Notes: generated from the letters alone by a model not told the origin. Counted from the stretch's first letter, positions 14,020 to 30,429 are shown. The stretch: DNA of 64,000 bases from Eledone cirrhosa (GCA_964016885.1 OZ024752.1:17608001-17672000); one strand, 5' to 3'. Translations and numbers: made by a program.

Positions 14020-17000
14020 CCACCATTCTAATTCCTTCTTATATGGTCTACAACTCCACCATTCTAACTCCTTCTTATATGGTCTACAACTCCACCATTC
14101 TAACTCCTTCTTATATGGTCTACAACTCCACCATTCTAACTCCTTCTTATATGGTCTAAAACTCCACCATTCTAACTCCTTCTTATATGGTCTACAACTC
14201 CACCATTCTAACTCCTTCTTATATGGTGTACAACTCCACCATTCTAATTCCTTCTTATATGGTCTACAACTCCACCATTCTAACTCCTTCTTATATGGTG
14301 TACAACTCCACCATTCTAATTCCTTCTTATATGGTCTACAACTCCACTATTCTAACTCCTTCTTATATGGTCTACAACTCCACCATTCTAATTCCTTCTT
14401 ATATGGTCTACAACTCCACCATTCTAACTCCTTCATATATGGTCTACAACTCTACGATTCTAACTCCTTCTTATATGGTGTGCAACTCCACCAATCTAAC
14501 TCCTTCTTATATGGTCTACAACTCCACCATTCTAATTCCTTCTTATATGGTCTACAACTCCACCATTCTAACTCCTTCTTATATGGTCTACAATTCCACC
14601 ATTCTAATTCCTTCATATATGGTGTACAACTCCACCATTCTAACTCCTTCTTATATGGTCTACAACTCCACCATTCTAATTCCTTCTTATATGGTCTACA
14701 ACTCCACCATTCTAACTCCTTCTTATATGGTCTACAACTCCACCATTCTAATTCCTTCATATATGGTGTACAACTCCAGCATTCTAACTCCTTCTTATAT
14801 GGTCTACAACTCCACCATTCTAACTCCTTCTTATATGGTCTACAACTCCACCATTCTAACTCCTTCTTATATGGTGTACAACTCCACCATTCTAAGACCT
14901 TCTTATATGGTGTACAACTCCACCATTCTAACTCCTTCATATATGGTCTACAACTCCACCATTCTAACTCCTTCTTATATGGTGTACAACTCAACCATTC
15001 TAATTGCTTCTTATATGGTCTACAACTCCACCATTCTAACTCTTTCTTATATGGTCTACAACTCCACCATTCTAACTCCATCTTATATGGTCTACAACTC
15101 CACCATTCTAAATCCTTCTTATATGGTATACAACACCACCATTCTAATTCCTTCTTATATGGTCTACAACTCCACTATTCTAACTCATTCTTATATGGTC
15201 TACAACTCCACCATTCTAATTCCTTCTTATATGGTCTACAACTCCACCATTCTAACTCCTTCTTATATGGTCTACAACTCCACCATTCTAATTCCTCCTT
15301 ATATGGTCTACAACTCCACCTTTCTAATTCCTTCTTATATGGTGTACGACTCCACCATTCTAACTCCTTCATATGTGGTCTACAACTCCACCATTCTAAC
15401 TCCTTTTTATATGGTGTACAACTCCACCATTCTAATTCCTTCTTATATGGTCTACAACTCCACCATTCTAACTCCTTCATATATGGTCTACAACTCCACC
15501 ATTCTAACTCCTTCTTATATGGTCTACAACTCCACCATTCTAATTCCTTCTTATATGGTCTACAACTCCACCATTCTAACGCCTTCTTATATGGTCTACA
15601 ACTCCACCATTCTAACGCCTTCTTATATGGTGTACAACTCCACCATTCTAATTCCTTCTTATATGGTCTACAACTCCACCATTCTAACTCCTTCTTATAT
15701 GGTCTACAACTCCACCATTCTAACTCCTTCTTATATGGTCTACAACTCCACCATTCTAATTCCTTCTTATATGGTCTACAACTCCACCATTCTAATTCCT
15801 TCTTATATGGTCTACAACTCCACCATTCTAATTCCTTCTTATATGGTCTACAACTCCACCATTCTAACTCCTTCTTATATGGTCTACAACTCCACCATTC
15901 TAACTCCTTCTTATATGGTCTACAACTGCACCATTCTAACTCCTTCTTGTATGGTCTACAACTCCACCATTCTAACTCCTTCTTATATGGTGTACAACTC
16001 CACCATTCTAACTCCTTCTTATATGGTGTACAACTCCACCATTCTAATTCCTTCTTATATGGTCTACAACTCCACCATTCTAACTCCTTCTTATATGGTC
16101 TACAACTCCACCATTCTAACTCCTTCTTATATGGTCTACAACTCCACCATTCTAACTCCTTCTTATATGGTCTAAAACTCCACCATTCTAACTCCTTCTT
16201 ATATGGTCTACAACTCCACCATTCTAACTCCTTCTTATATGGTGTACAACTCCACCATTCTAATTCCTTCTTATATGGTCTACAACTCCACCATTCTAAC
16301 TCCTTCTTATATGGTGTACAACTCCACCATTCTAATTCCTTCTTATATGGTCTACAACTCCACTATTCTAACTCCTTCTTATATGGTCTACAACTCCACC
16401 ATTCTAATTCCTTCTTATATGGTCTACAACTCCACCATTCTAACTCCTTCATATATGGTCTACAACTCTACGATTCTAACTCCTTCTTATATGGTGTGCA
16501 ACTCCACCAATCTAACTCCTTCTTATATGGTCTACAACTCCACCATTCTAATTCCTTCTTATATGGTCTACAACTCCACCATTCTAACTCCTTCTTATAT
16601 GGTCTACAATTCCACCATTCTAATTCCTTCATATATGGTGTACAACTCCACCATTCTAACTCCTTCTTATATGGTCTACAACTCCACCATTCTAATTCCT
16701 TCTTATATGGTCTACAACTCCACCATTCTAACTCCTTCTTATATGGTCTACAACTCCACCATTCTAATTCCTTCATATATGGTGTACAACTCCAGCATTC
16801 TAACTCCTTCTTATATGGTCTACAACTCCACCATTCTAACTCCTTCTTATATGGTCTACAACTCCACCATTCTAACTCCTTCTTATATGGTGTACAACTC
16901 CACCATTCTAAGACCTTCTTATATGGTGTACAACTCCACCATTCTAACTCCTTCATATATGGTCTACAACTCCACCATTCTAACTCCTTCTTATATGGTG

Positions 17001-18090
17001 TACAACTCAACCATTCTAATTGCTTCTTATATGGTCTACAACTCCACCATTCTAACTCTTTCTTATATGGTCTACAACTCCACCATTCTAACTCCATCTT
17101 ATATGGTCTACAACTCCACCATTCTAAATCCTTCTTATATGGTATACAACACCACCATTCTAATTCCTTCTTATATGGTCTACAACTCCACTATTCTAAC
17201 TCATTCTTATATGGTCTACAACTCCACCATTCTAATTCCTTCTTATATGGTCTACAACTCCACCATTCTAACTCCTTCTTATATGGTCTACAACTCCACC
17301 ATTCTAATTCCTCCTTATATGGTCTACAACTCCACCTTTCTAATTCCTTCTTATATGGTGTACGACTCCACCATTCTAACTCCTTCATATGTGGTCTACA
17401 ACTCCACCATTCTAACTCCTTTTTATATGGTGTACAACTCCACCATTCTAATTCCTTCTTATATGGTCTACAACTCCACCATTCTAACTCCTTCATATAT
17501 GGTCTACAACTCCACCATTCTAACTCCTTCTTATATGGTCTACAACTCCACCATTCTAATTCCTTCTTATATGGTCTACAACTCCACCATTCTAACGCCT
17601 TCTTATATGGTCTACAACTCCACCATTCTAACGCCTTCTTATATGGTGTACAACTCCACCATTCTAATTCCTTCTTATATGGTCTACAACTCCACCATTC
17701 TAACTCCTTCTTATATGGTCTACAACTCCACCATTCTAACTCCTTCTTATATGGTCTACAACTCCACCATTCTAATTCCTTCTTATATGGTCTACAACTC
17801 CACCATTCTAATTCCTTCTTATATGGTCTACAACTCCACCATTCTAATTCCTTCTTATATGGTCTACAACTCCACCATTCTAACTCCTTCTTATATGGTC
17901 TACAACTCCACCATTCTAACTCCTTCTTATATGGTCTACAACTGCACCATTCTAACTCCTTCTTGTATGGTCTACAACTCCACCATTCTAACTCCTTCTT
18001 ATATGGTGTACAACTCCACCATTCTAACTCCTTCTTATATGGTGTACAACTCCACCATTCTAATTCCTTCTTATATGGTCTACAACTCCA
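14020..18090. repeat. Tandem duplication with a 2,016-bp (56-monomer) period
   Basis: TAA variant at 14159 and 16175. Minus-strand ORFs 14452/16468 and 15175/17191 are offset by exactly 2016. The private GGTATACAACACC and TCTTGTATG variants occur in both copies. Confidence 0.9.
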
Positions 18091-19620
18091 CCATTCTAAT
18101 TGCTTCTTATATGGTCTACAACTCCACCATTCTAACTCCTTCTTATATGGTGTACAACTCCACCATTCTAATTCCTTCTTATATGGTCTACAACTCCACC
18201 AATCTAACTCCTTCTTATATGGTCTACAACTCCCCCATTCTAATTCCTTCTTATATGGTCTACAACTACACTATTCTAACTCCTTCTTATATGGTCTACA
18301 ACTCCACCATTCTAATTCCTTCTTATATGGTCTACAACTCCACCATTCTAACTCCTTCATATATGGTCTACAACTCCACCATTCTAACTCCTTCTTATAT
18401 GGTCTACAACTCCACCATTCTATCTCCTTCTTATATGGTCTACAACTCCACCATGCTAACTCCTTCTTATATGGTCTACAACTCTACCATTCTAACTCAT
18501 TCTTATATGTTCTACAACTCCACCATTCTAACTCCTTCTTATATGGTCTACAACTCCACCATTCTAACTCCTTCTTATATGGTCTACAACTCCACCATTC
18601 TAACTCCTTATATGGTGTACAACTCCACCATTCTAACTCCTTCTTATATGGTCTACAACTCCACCATTCTAACTCCTTCTTATATGGTCTACAACTACAC
18701 CATTCTAATTCCTTCATATATGGTGTACAACTCCACCATTCTAACTCCTTCTTATATGGTGTACAACTCCACCATTCTAACTCCTTCTTATATGGTCTAC
18801 AACTCCACCATTCTAATTCCTTCTTATATGGTCTACAACTCCACCATTCTAACTCCTTCTTATATGGTCTACAACTCCACCATTCTAATTCCTTCATATA
18901 TGGTGTACAACTCCACCATTCTAACTCCTTCTTATATGGTCTACAACTCCACCATTCTAACTCCTTCTTATATGGTCTACAACTCCACCATTCTAACTCC
19001 TTCTTATATGGTGTACAACTCCACCATTCTAAGTCCTTCTTATATGGAGTACAACTCCACCATTCTAACTCCTTCATATATGGTCTACAACTACACCATT
19101 CTAACTCCTTCTTATATGGTGTACAACTCAACCATTCTAATTGCTTCTTATATGGTCTACAACTCCACCATTCTAACTCTTTCTTATATGGTCTACAACT
19201 CCACCATTCTAACTCCATCTTATATGGTCTACAACTCCACCATTCTAAATCCTTCTTATATGGTCTACAACTCCACCATTCTAATTCCTTCTTATATGGT
19301 CTACAACTCCACTATTCTAACTCATTCTTATATGGTCTACAACTCCACCATTCTAATTCCTTCTTATATGGTCTACAACTCCACCATTCTAACTCCTTCT
19401 TATATGGTCTACAACTCCACCATTCTAATTCCTCCTTATATGGTCTACAACTCCACCATTCTAATTCCTTCTTATATGGTGTACGACTCCACCATTCTAA
19501 CTCCTTCATATGTGGTCTACAACTCCACCATTCTAACGCCTTCTTATATGGTCTACAACTCCACCATTCTAACGCCTTCTTATATGGTGTACAACTCCAC
19601 CATTCTAATTCCTTCTTATA
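16480..19620. repeat. Copy of block about 6660-9800 (offset 9,819 bp)
   Basis: ORF ends 7278/17097, 7677/17496, 9399/19218 and 9690/19509 all differ by 9819. The 33-bp units at 8793 and 18612 share that offset. Confidence 0.88.
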
Positions 19621-19664
19621 TGGTCTACAACTCCACCATTCTAACTCCTTCTTATATGGTGTAC

Positions 19665-22600
19665 AACTCCACCATTCTAACTCCTTCTTATATGGTCTAC
19701 AACTCCACCATTCTAATTCCTTCTTATATGGTCTACAACTCCACCATTCTAATTCCTTCTTATATGGTCTACAACTCCACCATTCTAATTCCTTCTTATA
19801 TGGTCTACAACTCCACCATTCTAACTCCTTCTTATATGGTCTACAACTCCACCATTCTAACTCCTTCTTATATGGTCTACAACTGCACCATTCTAACTCC
19901 TTCTTATATGGTCTACAACTCCACCATTCTAACTCCTTCTTATATGGTGTACAACTCCACCATTCTAACTCCTTCTTATATGGTGTACAACTCCACCATT
20001 CTAATTCCTTCTTATATGGTCTACAACTCCACCATTCTAATTCCTTCTTATATGGTCTACAACTCCACCATTCTAACTCCTTCTTATATGGTGTACAACT
20101 CCACTATTCTAATTCCTTCTTATATGGTCTACAACTCCACCATTCTAACTCCTTCTTGTATGGTCTACAACTCCCCCATTCTAATTCCTTCTTATATGGT
20201 CTACAAATACACTATTCTAACTCCTTCTTATATGGTCTACAACTCCACCATTCTAATTCCTTCTTATATGGTCTATAACTCCACCATTCTAACTCCTTCA
20301 TATATGGTCTACAACTCCACCATTCTAACTCCTTCTTATATGGTCTACAACTCCACCATTCTATCTCCTTCTTATATGGTCTACAACTCCACCATGCTAA
20401 CTCCTTCTTATATGGTCTACAACTCTACCATTCTAACTCATTCTTATATGTTCTACAACTCCACCATTCTAACTCCTTCTTATATGGTCTACAACTCCAC
20501 CATTCTAACTCCTTCTTATATGGTCTACAACTCCACCATTCTAACTCCTTCTTATATGGTGTACAACTCCACCATTCTAACTCCTTCTTATATGGTCTAC
20601 AACTCCACCATTCTAATTCCTTCATATATGGTGTACAACTCCACCATTATAACTCCTTATATGGTCTACAACTTCACCATTCTAACTCCTTCTTATATGG
20701 TCTACAACTCAACCATTCTAACTCCTTCTTATATGGTGTACAACTCCACCATTCTAAGTCCTTCTTATATGGTGTACAACTCCACCATTCTAACTCCTTA
20801 TATGGTCTACAACTTCACCATTCTAACTCTTTCTTATATGGTCTACAACTCCACCATTCTAACTCCTTCTTATATGGTCTACAACTCCACCATTCTAACT
20901 CCTTCGTATATGGTCTACAACTCCACCATTCTAACTCCTTATATGGTCTACAACTCCACCATTCTAACTCCTTCTTATATGGTCTACAACTCCACCATTC
21001 TAACTCCTTCTTATATGGTGTACAACTCCACCATTCTAACTCCTTCTTATATGGTGTACAACTCCACCATTCTAACTCCTTCTTATATGGTCTTCAACTC
21101 CACAATTCTAACTCCTTCTTATATGGTCTACAACTCCACCATTCTAACTCCTTCTTATATGGTCTACAACTCCACCATTCTAATTCCTTCTTATATGGTC
21201 TACAACTCCACCATTCTAACTCCTTCTTATATGGTGTACAACTCCACCATTCTAACTCCTTCTTATATGGTCTACAACTCCACCATTCTAACTCCTTCTT
21301 ATATGGTGTACAACTCCACCATTCTAATTCCTTCTTATATGGTCTACAACTCCACCATTCTAACTCCTTCTTATATGGTGTACAACTCCACCATTCTAAT
21401 TCCTTCTTATATGGTCTACAACTCCACTATTCTAACTCCTTCTTATATGGTCTACAACTCCACCATTCTAATTCCTTCTTATATGGTCTACAACTCCACC
21501 ATTCTAACTCCTTCATATATGGTCTACAACTCTACGATTCTAACTCCTTCTTATATGGTGTGCAACTCCACCAATCTAACTCCTTCTTATATGGTCTACA
21601 ACTCCACCATTCTAATTCCTTCTTATATGGTCTACAACTCCACCATTCTAACTCCTTCTTATATGGTCTACAATTCCACCATTCTAATTCCTTCATATAT
21701 GGTGTACAACTCCACCATTCTAACTCCTTCTTATATGGTCTACAACTCCACCATTCTAATTCCTTCTTATATGGTCTACAACTCCACCATTCTAACTCCT
21801 TCTTATATGGTCTACAACTCCACCATTCTAATTCCTTCATATATGGTGTACAACTCCAGCATTCTAACTCCTTCTTATATGGTCTACAACTCCACCATTC
21901 TAACTCCTTCTTATATGGTCTACAACTCCACCATTCTAACTCCTTCTTATATGGTGTACAACTCCACCATTCTAAGACCTTCTTATATGGTGTACAACTC
22001 CACCATTCTAACTCCTTCATATATGGTCTACAACTCCACCATTCTAACTCCTTCTTATATGGTGTACAACTCAACCATTCTAATTGCTTCTTATATGGTC
22101 TACAACTCCACCATTCTAACTCTTTCTTATATGGTCTACAACTCCACCATTCTAACTCCATCTTATATGGTCTACAACTCCACCATTCTAAATCCTTCTT
22201 ATATGGTCTACAACACCACCATTCTAATTCCTTCTTATATGGTCTACAACTCCACTATTCTAACTCATTCTTATATGGTCTACAACTCCACCATTCTAAT
22301 TCCTTCTTATATGGTCTACAACTCCACCATTCTAACTCCTTCTTATATGGTCTACAACTCCACCATTCTAATTCCTCCTTATATGGTCTACAACTCCACC
22401 TTTCTAATTCCTTCTTATATGGTGTACGACTCCACCATTCTAACTCCTTCATATGTGGTCTACAACTCCACCATTCTAACTCCTTTTTATATGGTGTACA
22501 ACTCCACCATTCTAATTCCTTCTTATATGGTCTACAACTCCACCATTCTAACTCCTTCATATATGGTCTACAACTCCACCATTCTAACTCCTTCTTATAT

Positions 22601-25600
22601 GGTCTACAACTCCACCATTCTAATTCCTTCTTATATGGTCTACAACTCCACCATTCTAACGCCTTCTTATATGGTCTACAACTCCACCATTCTAACGCCT
22701 TCTTATATGGTGTACAACTCCACCATTCTAATTCCTTCTTATATGGTCTACAACTCCACCATTCTAACTCCTTCTTATATGGTCTACAACTCCACCATTC
22801 TAACTCCTTCTTATATGGTCTACAACTCCACCATTCTAATTCCTTCTTATATGGTCTACAACTCCACCATTCTAATTCCTTCTTATATGGTCTACAACTC
22901 CACCATTCTAATTCCTTCTTATATGGTCTACAACTCCACCATTCTAACTCCTTCTTATATGGTCTACAACTCCACCATTCTAACTCCTTCTTATATGGTC
23001 TACAACTGCACCATTCTAACTCCTTCTTATATGGTCTACAACTCCACCATTCTAACTCCTTCTTATATGGTGTACAACTCCACCATTCTAACTCCTTCTT
23101 ATATGGTGTACAACTCCACCATTCTAATTCCTTCTTATATGGTCTACAACTCCACCATTCTAATTGCTTCTTATATGGTCTACAACTCCACCATTCTAAC
23201 TCCTTCTTATATGGTGTACAACTCCACCATTCTAATTCCTTCTTATATGGTCTACAACTCCACCAATCTAACTCCTTCTTATATGGTCTACAACTCCCCC
23301 ATTCTAATTCCTTCTTATATGGTCTACAACTACACTATTCTAACTCCTTCTTATATGGTCTACAACTCCACCATTCTAATTCCTTCTTATATGGTCTACA
23401 ACTCCACCATTCTAACTCCTTCTTATATGGTCTACAACTCCACCATTCTAATTCCTTCTTATATGGTCTACAACTCCACCATTCTAATTCCTTCTTATAT
23501 GGTCTACAACTCCACCATTCTAATTCCTTCTTATATGGTCTACAACTCCACCATTCTAACTCCTTCTTATATGGTCTACAACTCCACCATTCTAACTCCT
23601 TCTTATATGGTCTACAACTGCACCATTCTAACTCCTTCTTATATGGTCTACAACTCCACCATTCTAACTCCTTCTTATATGGTGTACAACTCCACCATTC
23701 TAACTCCTTCTTATATGGTGTACAACTCCACCATTCTAATTCCTTCTTATATGGTCTACAACTCCACCATTCTAATTCCTTCTTATATGGTCTACAACTC
23801 CACCATTCTAACTCCTTCTTATATGGTGTACAACTCCACTATTCTAATTCCTTCTTATATGGTCTACAACTCCACCATTCTAACTCCTTCTTGTATGGTC
23901 TACAACTCCCCCATTCTAATTCCTTCTTATATGGTCTACAACTACACTATTCTAACTCCTTCTTATATGGTCTACAACTCCACCATTCTAATTCCTTCTT
24001 ATATGGTCTATAACTCCACCATTCTAACTCCTTCATATATGGTCTACAACTCCACCATTCTAACTCCTTCTTATATGGTCTACAACTCCACCATTCTATC
24101 TCCTTCTTATATGGTCTACAACTCCACCATGCTAACTCCTTCTTATATGGTCTACAACTCTACCATTCTAACTCATTCTTATATGTTCTACAACTCCACC
24201 ATTCTAACTCCTTCTTATATGGTCTACAACTCCACCATTCTAACTCCTTCTTATATGGTCTACAACTCCACCATTCTAACTCCTTCTTATATGGTGTACA
24301 ACTCCACCATTCTAACTCCTTCTTATATGGTCTACAACTCCACCATTCTAATTCCTTCATATATGGTGTACAACTCCACCATTCTAACTCCTTATATGGT
24401 CTACAACTTCACCATTCTAACTCCTTCTTATATGGTCTACAACTCAACCATTCTAACTCCTTCTTATATGGTGTACAACTCCACCATTCTAAGTCCTTCT
24501 TATATGGTGTACAACTCCACCATTCTAACTCCTTATATGGTCTACAACTTCACCATTCTAACTCTTTCTTATATGGTCTACAACTCCACCATTCTAACTC
24601 CTTCTTATATGGTCTACAACTCCACCATTCTAACTCCTTCGTATATGGTCTACAACTCCACCATTCTAACTCCTTATATGGTCTACAACTCCACCATTCT
24701 AACTCCTTCTTATATGGTCTACAACTCCACCATTCTAACTCCTTCTTATATGGTGTACAACTCCACCATTCTAACTCCTTCTTATATGGTGTACAACTCC
24801 ACCATTCTAACTCCTTCTTATATGGTCTTCAACTCCACAATTCTAACTCCTTCTTATATGGTCTACAACTCCACCATTCTAACTCCTTCTTATATGGTCT
24901 ACAACTCCACCATTCTAATTCCTTCTTATATGGTCTACAACTCCACCATTCTAACTCCTTCTTATATGGTGTACAACTCCACCATTCTAACTCCTTCTTA
25001 TATGGTCTACAACTCCACCATTCTAACTCCTTCTTATATGGTGTACAACTCCACCATTCTAATTCCTTCTTATATGGTCTACAACTCCACCATTCTAACT
25101 CCTTCTTATATGGTGTACAACTCCACCATTCTAATTCCTTCTTATATGGTCTACAACTCCACTATTCTAACTCCTTCTTATATGGTCTACAACTCCACCA
25201 TTCTAATTCCTTCTTATATGGTCTACAACTCCACCATTCTAACTCCTTCATATATGGTCTACAACTCTACGATTCTAACTCCTTCTTATATGGTGTGCAA
25301 CTCCACCAATCTAACTCCTTCTTATATGGTCTACAACTCCACCATTCTAATTCCTTCTTATATGGTCTACAACTCCACCATTCTAACTCCTTCTTATATG
25401 GTCTACAATTCCACCATTCTAATTCCTTCATATATGGTGTACAACTCCACCATTCTAACTCCTTCTTATATGGTCTACAACTCCACCATTCTAATTCCTT
25501 CTTATATGGTCTACAACTCCACCATTCTAACTCCTTCTTATATGGTCTACAACTCCACCATTCTAATTCCTTCATATATGGTGTACAACTCCAGCATTCT

Positions 25601-27150
25601 AACTCCTTCTTATATGGTCTACAACTCCACCATTCTAACTCCTTCTTATATGGTCTACAACTCCACCATTCTAACTCCTTCTTATATGGTGTACAACTCC
25701 ACCATTCTAAGACCTTCTTATATGGTGTACAACTCCACCATTCTAACTCCTTCATATATGGTCTACAACTCCACCATTCTAACTCCTTCTTATATGGTGT
25801 ACAACTCAACCATTCTAATTGCTTCTTATATGGTCTACAACTCCACCATTCTAACTCTTTCTTATATGGTCTACAACTCCACCATTCTAACTCCATCTTA
25901 TATGGTCTACAACTCCACCATTCTAAATCCTTCTTATATGGTCTACAACACCACCATTCTAATTCCTTCTTATATGGTCTACAACTCCACTATTCTAACT
26001 CATTCTTATATGGTCTACAACTCCACCATTCTAATTCCTTCTTATATGGTCTACAACTCCACCATTCTAACTCCTTCTTATATGGTCTACAATTCCACCA
26101 TTCTAATTCCTCCTTATATGGTCTACAACTCCACCTTTCTAATTCCTTCTTATATGGTGTACGACTCCACCATTCTAACTCCTTCATATGTGGTCTACAA
26201 CTCCACCATTCTAACTCCTTTTTATATGGTGTACAACTCCACCATTCTAATTCCTTCTTATATGGTCTACAACTCCACCATTCTAACTCCTTCATATATG
26301 GTCTACAACTCCACCATTCTAACTCCTTCTTATATGGTCTACAACTCCACCATTCTAATTCCTTCTTATATGGTCTACAACTCCACCATTCTAACGCCTT
26401 CTTATATGGTCTACAACTCCACCATTCTAACGCCTTCTTATATGGTGTACAACTCCACCATTCTAATTCCTTCTTATATGGTCTACAACTCCACCATTCT
26501 AACTCCTTCTTATATGGTCTACAACTCCACCATTCTAACTCCTTCTTATATGGTCTACAACTCCACCATTCTAATTCCTTCTTATATGGTCTACAACTCC
26601 ACCATTCTAATTCCTTCTTATATGGTCTACAACTCCACCATTCTAATTCCTTCTTATATGGTCTACAACTCCACCATTCTAACTCCTTCTTATATGGTCT
26701 ACAAATCCACCATTCTAACTCCTTCTTATATGGTCTACAACTGCACCATTCTAACTCCTTCTTATATGGTCTACAACTCCACCATTCTAACTCCTTCTTA
26801 TATGGTGTACAACTCCACCATTCTAACTCCTTCTTATATGGTGTACAACTCCACCATTCTAATTCCTTCTTATATGGTCTACAACTCCACCATTCTAATT
26901 GCTTCTTATATGGTCTACAACTCCACCATTCTAACTCCCTCTTATATGGTGTACAACTCCACCATTCTAATTCCTTCTTATATGGTCTACAACTCCACCA
27001 ATCTAACTCCTTCTTATATGGTCTACAACTCCCCCATTCTAATTCCTTCTTATATGGTCTACAACTACACTATTCTAACTCCTTCTTATATGGTCTACAA
27101 CTCCACCATTCTAATTCCTTCTTATATGGTCTACAACTCCACCATTCTAA
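19665..27150. repeat. Tandem duplication with a 3,735-bp period (104 monomers including three 33-bp units)
   Basis: Offsets 20278/24013, 20425/24160, 21532/25267, 21560/25295 and 22255/25990 all equal 3735 (104x36-9). A few private SNVs differ between copies (e.g. TACAAATAC near 20205, ATTATAACT near 20649, TACAAATCC near 26705). Confidence 0.9.
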
Positions 27151-28919
27151 TTCCTTCATATATGGTCTACAACTCCACCATTCTAACTCCTTCTTATATG
27201 GTCTACAACTCCACCATTCTATCTCCTTCTTATATGGTCTACAACTCCACCATGCTAACTCCTTCTTATATGGTCTACAACTCCACCATTCTAACTCCTT
27301 CATATATGGTCTACAACTACACCATTCTAACTCCTTCTTATATGGTGTACAACTCAACCATTCTAATTGCTTCTTATATGGTCTACAACTCCACCATTCT
27401 AACTCTTTCTTATATGGTCTACAACTCCACCATTCTATCTCCTTCTTATATGGTCTACAACTCCACCATTCTAACTCATTCTTATATGTTCTACAACTCC
27501 ACCATTCTAACTCCTTCTTATATGGTCTACAACTCCACCATTCTAACTCCTTATATGGTGTACAACTCCACCATTCTAACTCCTTCTTATATGGTCTACA
27601 ACTCCACCATTCTAACTCCTTCTTATATGGTCTACAACTCCACCATTCTAATTCCTTCATATATGGTGTACAACTCCACCATTCTAACTCCTTCTTATAT
27701 GGTGTACAACTCCACCATTCTAACTCCTTCTTATATGGTCTACAACTCCACCATTCTAATTCCTTCTTATATGGTCTACAACTCCACCATTCTAACTCCT
27801 TCTTATATGGTCTACAACTCCACCATTCTAATTCCTTCATATATGGTGTACAACTCCACCATTCTAACTCCTTCTTATATGGTCTACAACTCCACCATTC
27901 TAACTCCTTCTTATATGGTCTACAACTCCACCATTCTAACTCCTTCTTATATGGTGTACAACTCCACCATTCTAAGTCCTTCTTATATGGAGTACAACTC
28001 CACCATTCTAACTCCTTCATATATGGTCTACAACTACACCATTCTAACTCCTTCTTATATGGTGTACAACTCAACCATTCTAATTGCTTCTTATATGGTC
28101 TACAACTCCACCATTCTAACTCTTTCTTATATGGTCTACAACTCCACCATTCTAACTCCATCTTATATGGTCTACAACTCCACCATTCTAAATCCTTCTT
28201 ATATGGTCTACAACTCCACCATTCTAATTCCTTCTTATATGGTCTACAACTCCACTATTCTAACTCATTCTTATATGGTCTACAACTCCACCATTCTAAT
28301 TCCTTCTTATATGGTCTACAACTCCACCATTCTAACTCCTTCTTATATGGTCTACAACTCCACCATTCTAATTCCTCCTTATATGGTCTACAACTCCACC
28401 ATTCTAATTCCTTCTTATATGGTGTACGACTCCACCATTCTAACTCCTTCATATGTGGTCTACAACTCCACCATTCTAACGCCTTCTTATATGGTCTACA
28501 ACTCCACCATTCTAACGCCTTCTTATATGGTGTACAACTCCACCATTCTAATTCCTTCTTATATGGTCTACAACTCCACCATTCTAACTCCTTCTTATAT
28601 GGTGTACAACTCCACCATTCTAACTCCTTCTTATATGGTCTACAACTCCACCATTCTAATTCCTTCTTATATGGTCTACAACTCCACCATTCTAATTCCT
28701 TCTTATATGGTCTACAACTCCACCATTCTAATTCCTTCTTATATGGTCTACAACTCCACCATTCTAACTCCTTCTTATATGGTCTACAACTCCACCATTC
28801 TAACTCCTTCTTATATGGTCTACAACTGCACCATTCTAACTCCTTCTTATATGGTCTACAACTCCACCATTCTAATTCCTTCATATATGGTGTACAACTC
28901 CACCATTCTAACTCCTTCT

Positions 28920-29720
28920 TATATGGTGTACAACTCCACCATTCTAAATCCTTCTTATATGGTCTACAACTCCACCATTCTAACTCCTTCTTATATGGTG
29001 TACAACTCCACCATTCTAAGACCTTCTTATATGGTGTACAACTCCACCATTCTAACTCCTTCATATATGGTCTACAACTCCACCATTCTAACTCCTTCTT
29101 ATATGGTGTACAACTCAACCATTCTAATTGCTTCTTATATGGTCTACAACTCCACCATTCTAACTCTTTCTTATATGGTCTACAACTCCACCATTCTAAC
29201 TCCATCTTATATGGTCTACAACTCCACCATTCTAAATCCTTCTTATATGGTCTACAACACCACCATTCTAATTCCTTCTTATATGGTCTACAACTCCACT
29301 ATTCTAACTCATTCTTATATGGTCTACAACTCCACCATTCTAAATCCTTCTTATATGGTCTACAACTCCACCATTCTAACTCCTTCTTATATGGTGTACA
29401 ACTCCACCATTCTAAGACCTTCTTATATGGTGTACAACTCCACCATTCTAACTCCTTCATATATGGTCTACAACTCCACCATTCTAACTCCTTCTTATAT
29501 GGTGTACAACTCAACCATTCTAATTGCTTCTTATATGGTCTACAACTCCACCATTCTAACTCTTTCTTATATGGTCTACAACTCCACCATTCTAACTCCA
29601 TCTTATATGGTCTACAACTCCACCATTCTAAATCCTTCTTATATGGTCTACAACACCACCATTCTAATTCCTTCTTATATGGTCTACAACTCCACTATTC
29701 TAACTCATTCTTATATGGTC
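28920..29720. repeat. Tandem 11-monomer (396-bp) duplication
   Basis: CTAAGACCT at about 29018 and 29414; ORF ends 29205/29601. Confidence 0.85.
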
Positions 29721-30429
29721 TACAACTCCACCATTCTAATTCCTTCTTATATGGTCTACAACTCCACCATTCTAACTCCTTCTTATATGGTCTACAACTC
29801 CACCATTCTAATTCCTCCTTATATGGTCTACAACTCCACCTTTCTAATTCCTTCTTATATGGTGTACGACTCCACCATTCTAACTCCTTCATATGTGGTC
29901 TACAACTCCACCATTCTAACTCCTTTTTATATGGTGTACAACTCCACCATTCTAATTCCTTCTTATATGGTCTACAACTCCACCATTCTAACTCCTTCAT
30001 ATATGGTCTACAACTCCACCATTCTACCTCCTTCTTATATGGTCTACATCTCCACCATTCTAATTCCTTCTTATATGGTCTACAACTCCACCATTCTAAC
30101 GCCTTCTTATATGGTCTACAACTCCACCATTCTAACGCCTTCTTATATGGTGTACAACTCCACCATTCTAATTCCTTCTTATATGGTCTACAACTCCACC
30201 ATTCTAACTCCTTCTTATATGGTCTACAACTCCACCATTCTAACTCCTTCTTATATGGTCTACAACTCCACCATTCTAATTCCTTCTTATATGGTCTACA
30301 ACTCCACCATTCTAATTCCTTCTTATATGGTCTACAACTCCATCATTCTAATTCCTTCTTATATGGTCTACAACTCCACCATTCTAACTCCTTCTTATAT
30401 GGTCTACAACTCCACCATTCTAACTCCTT

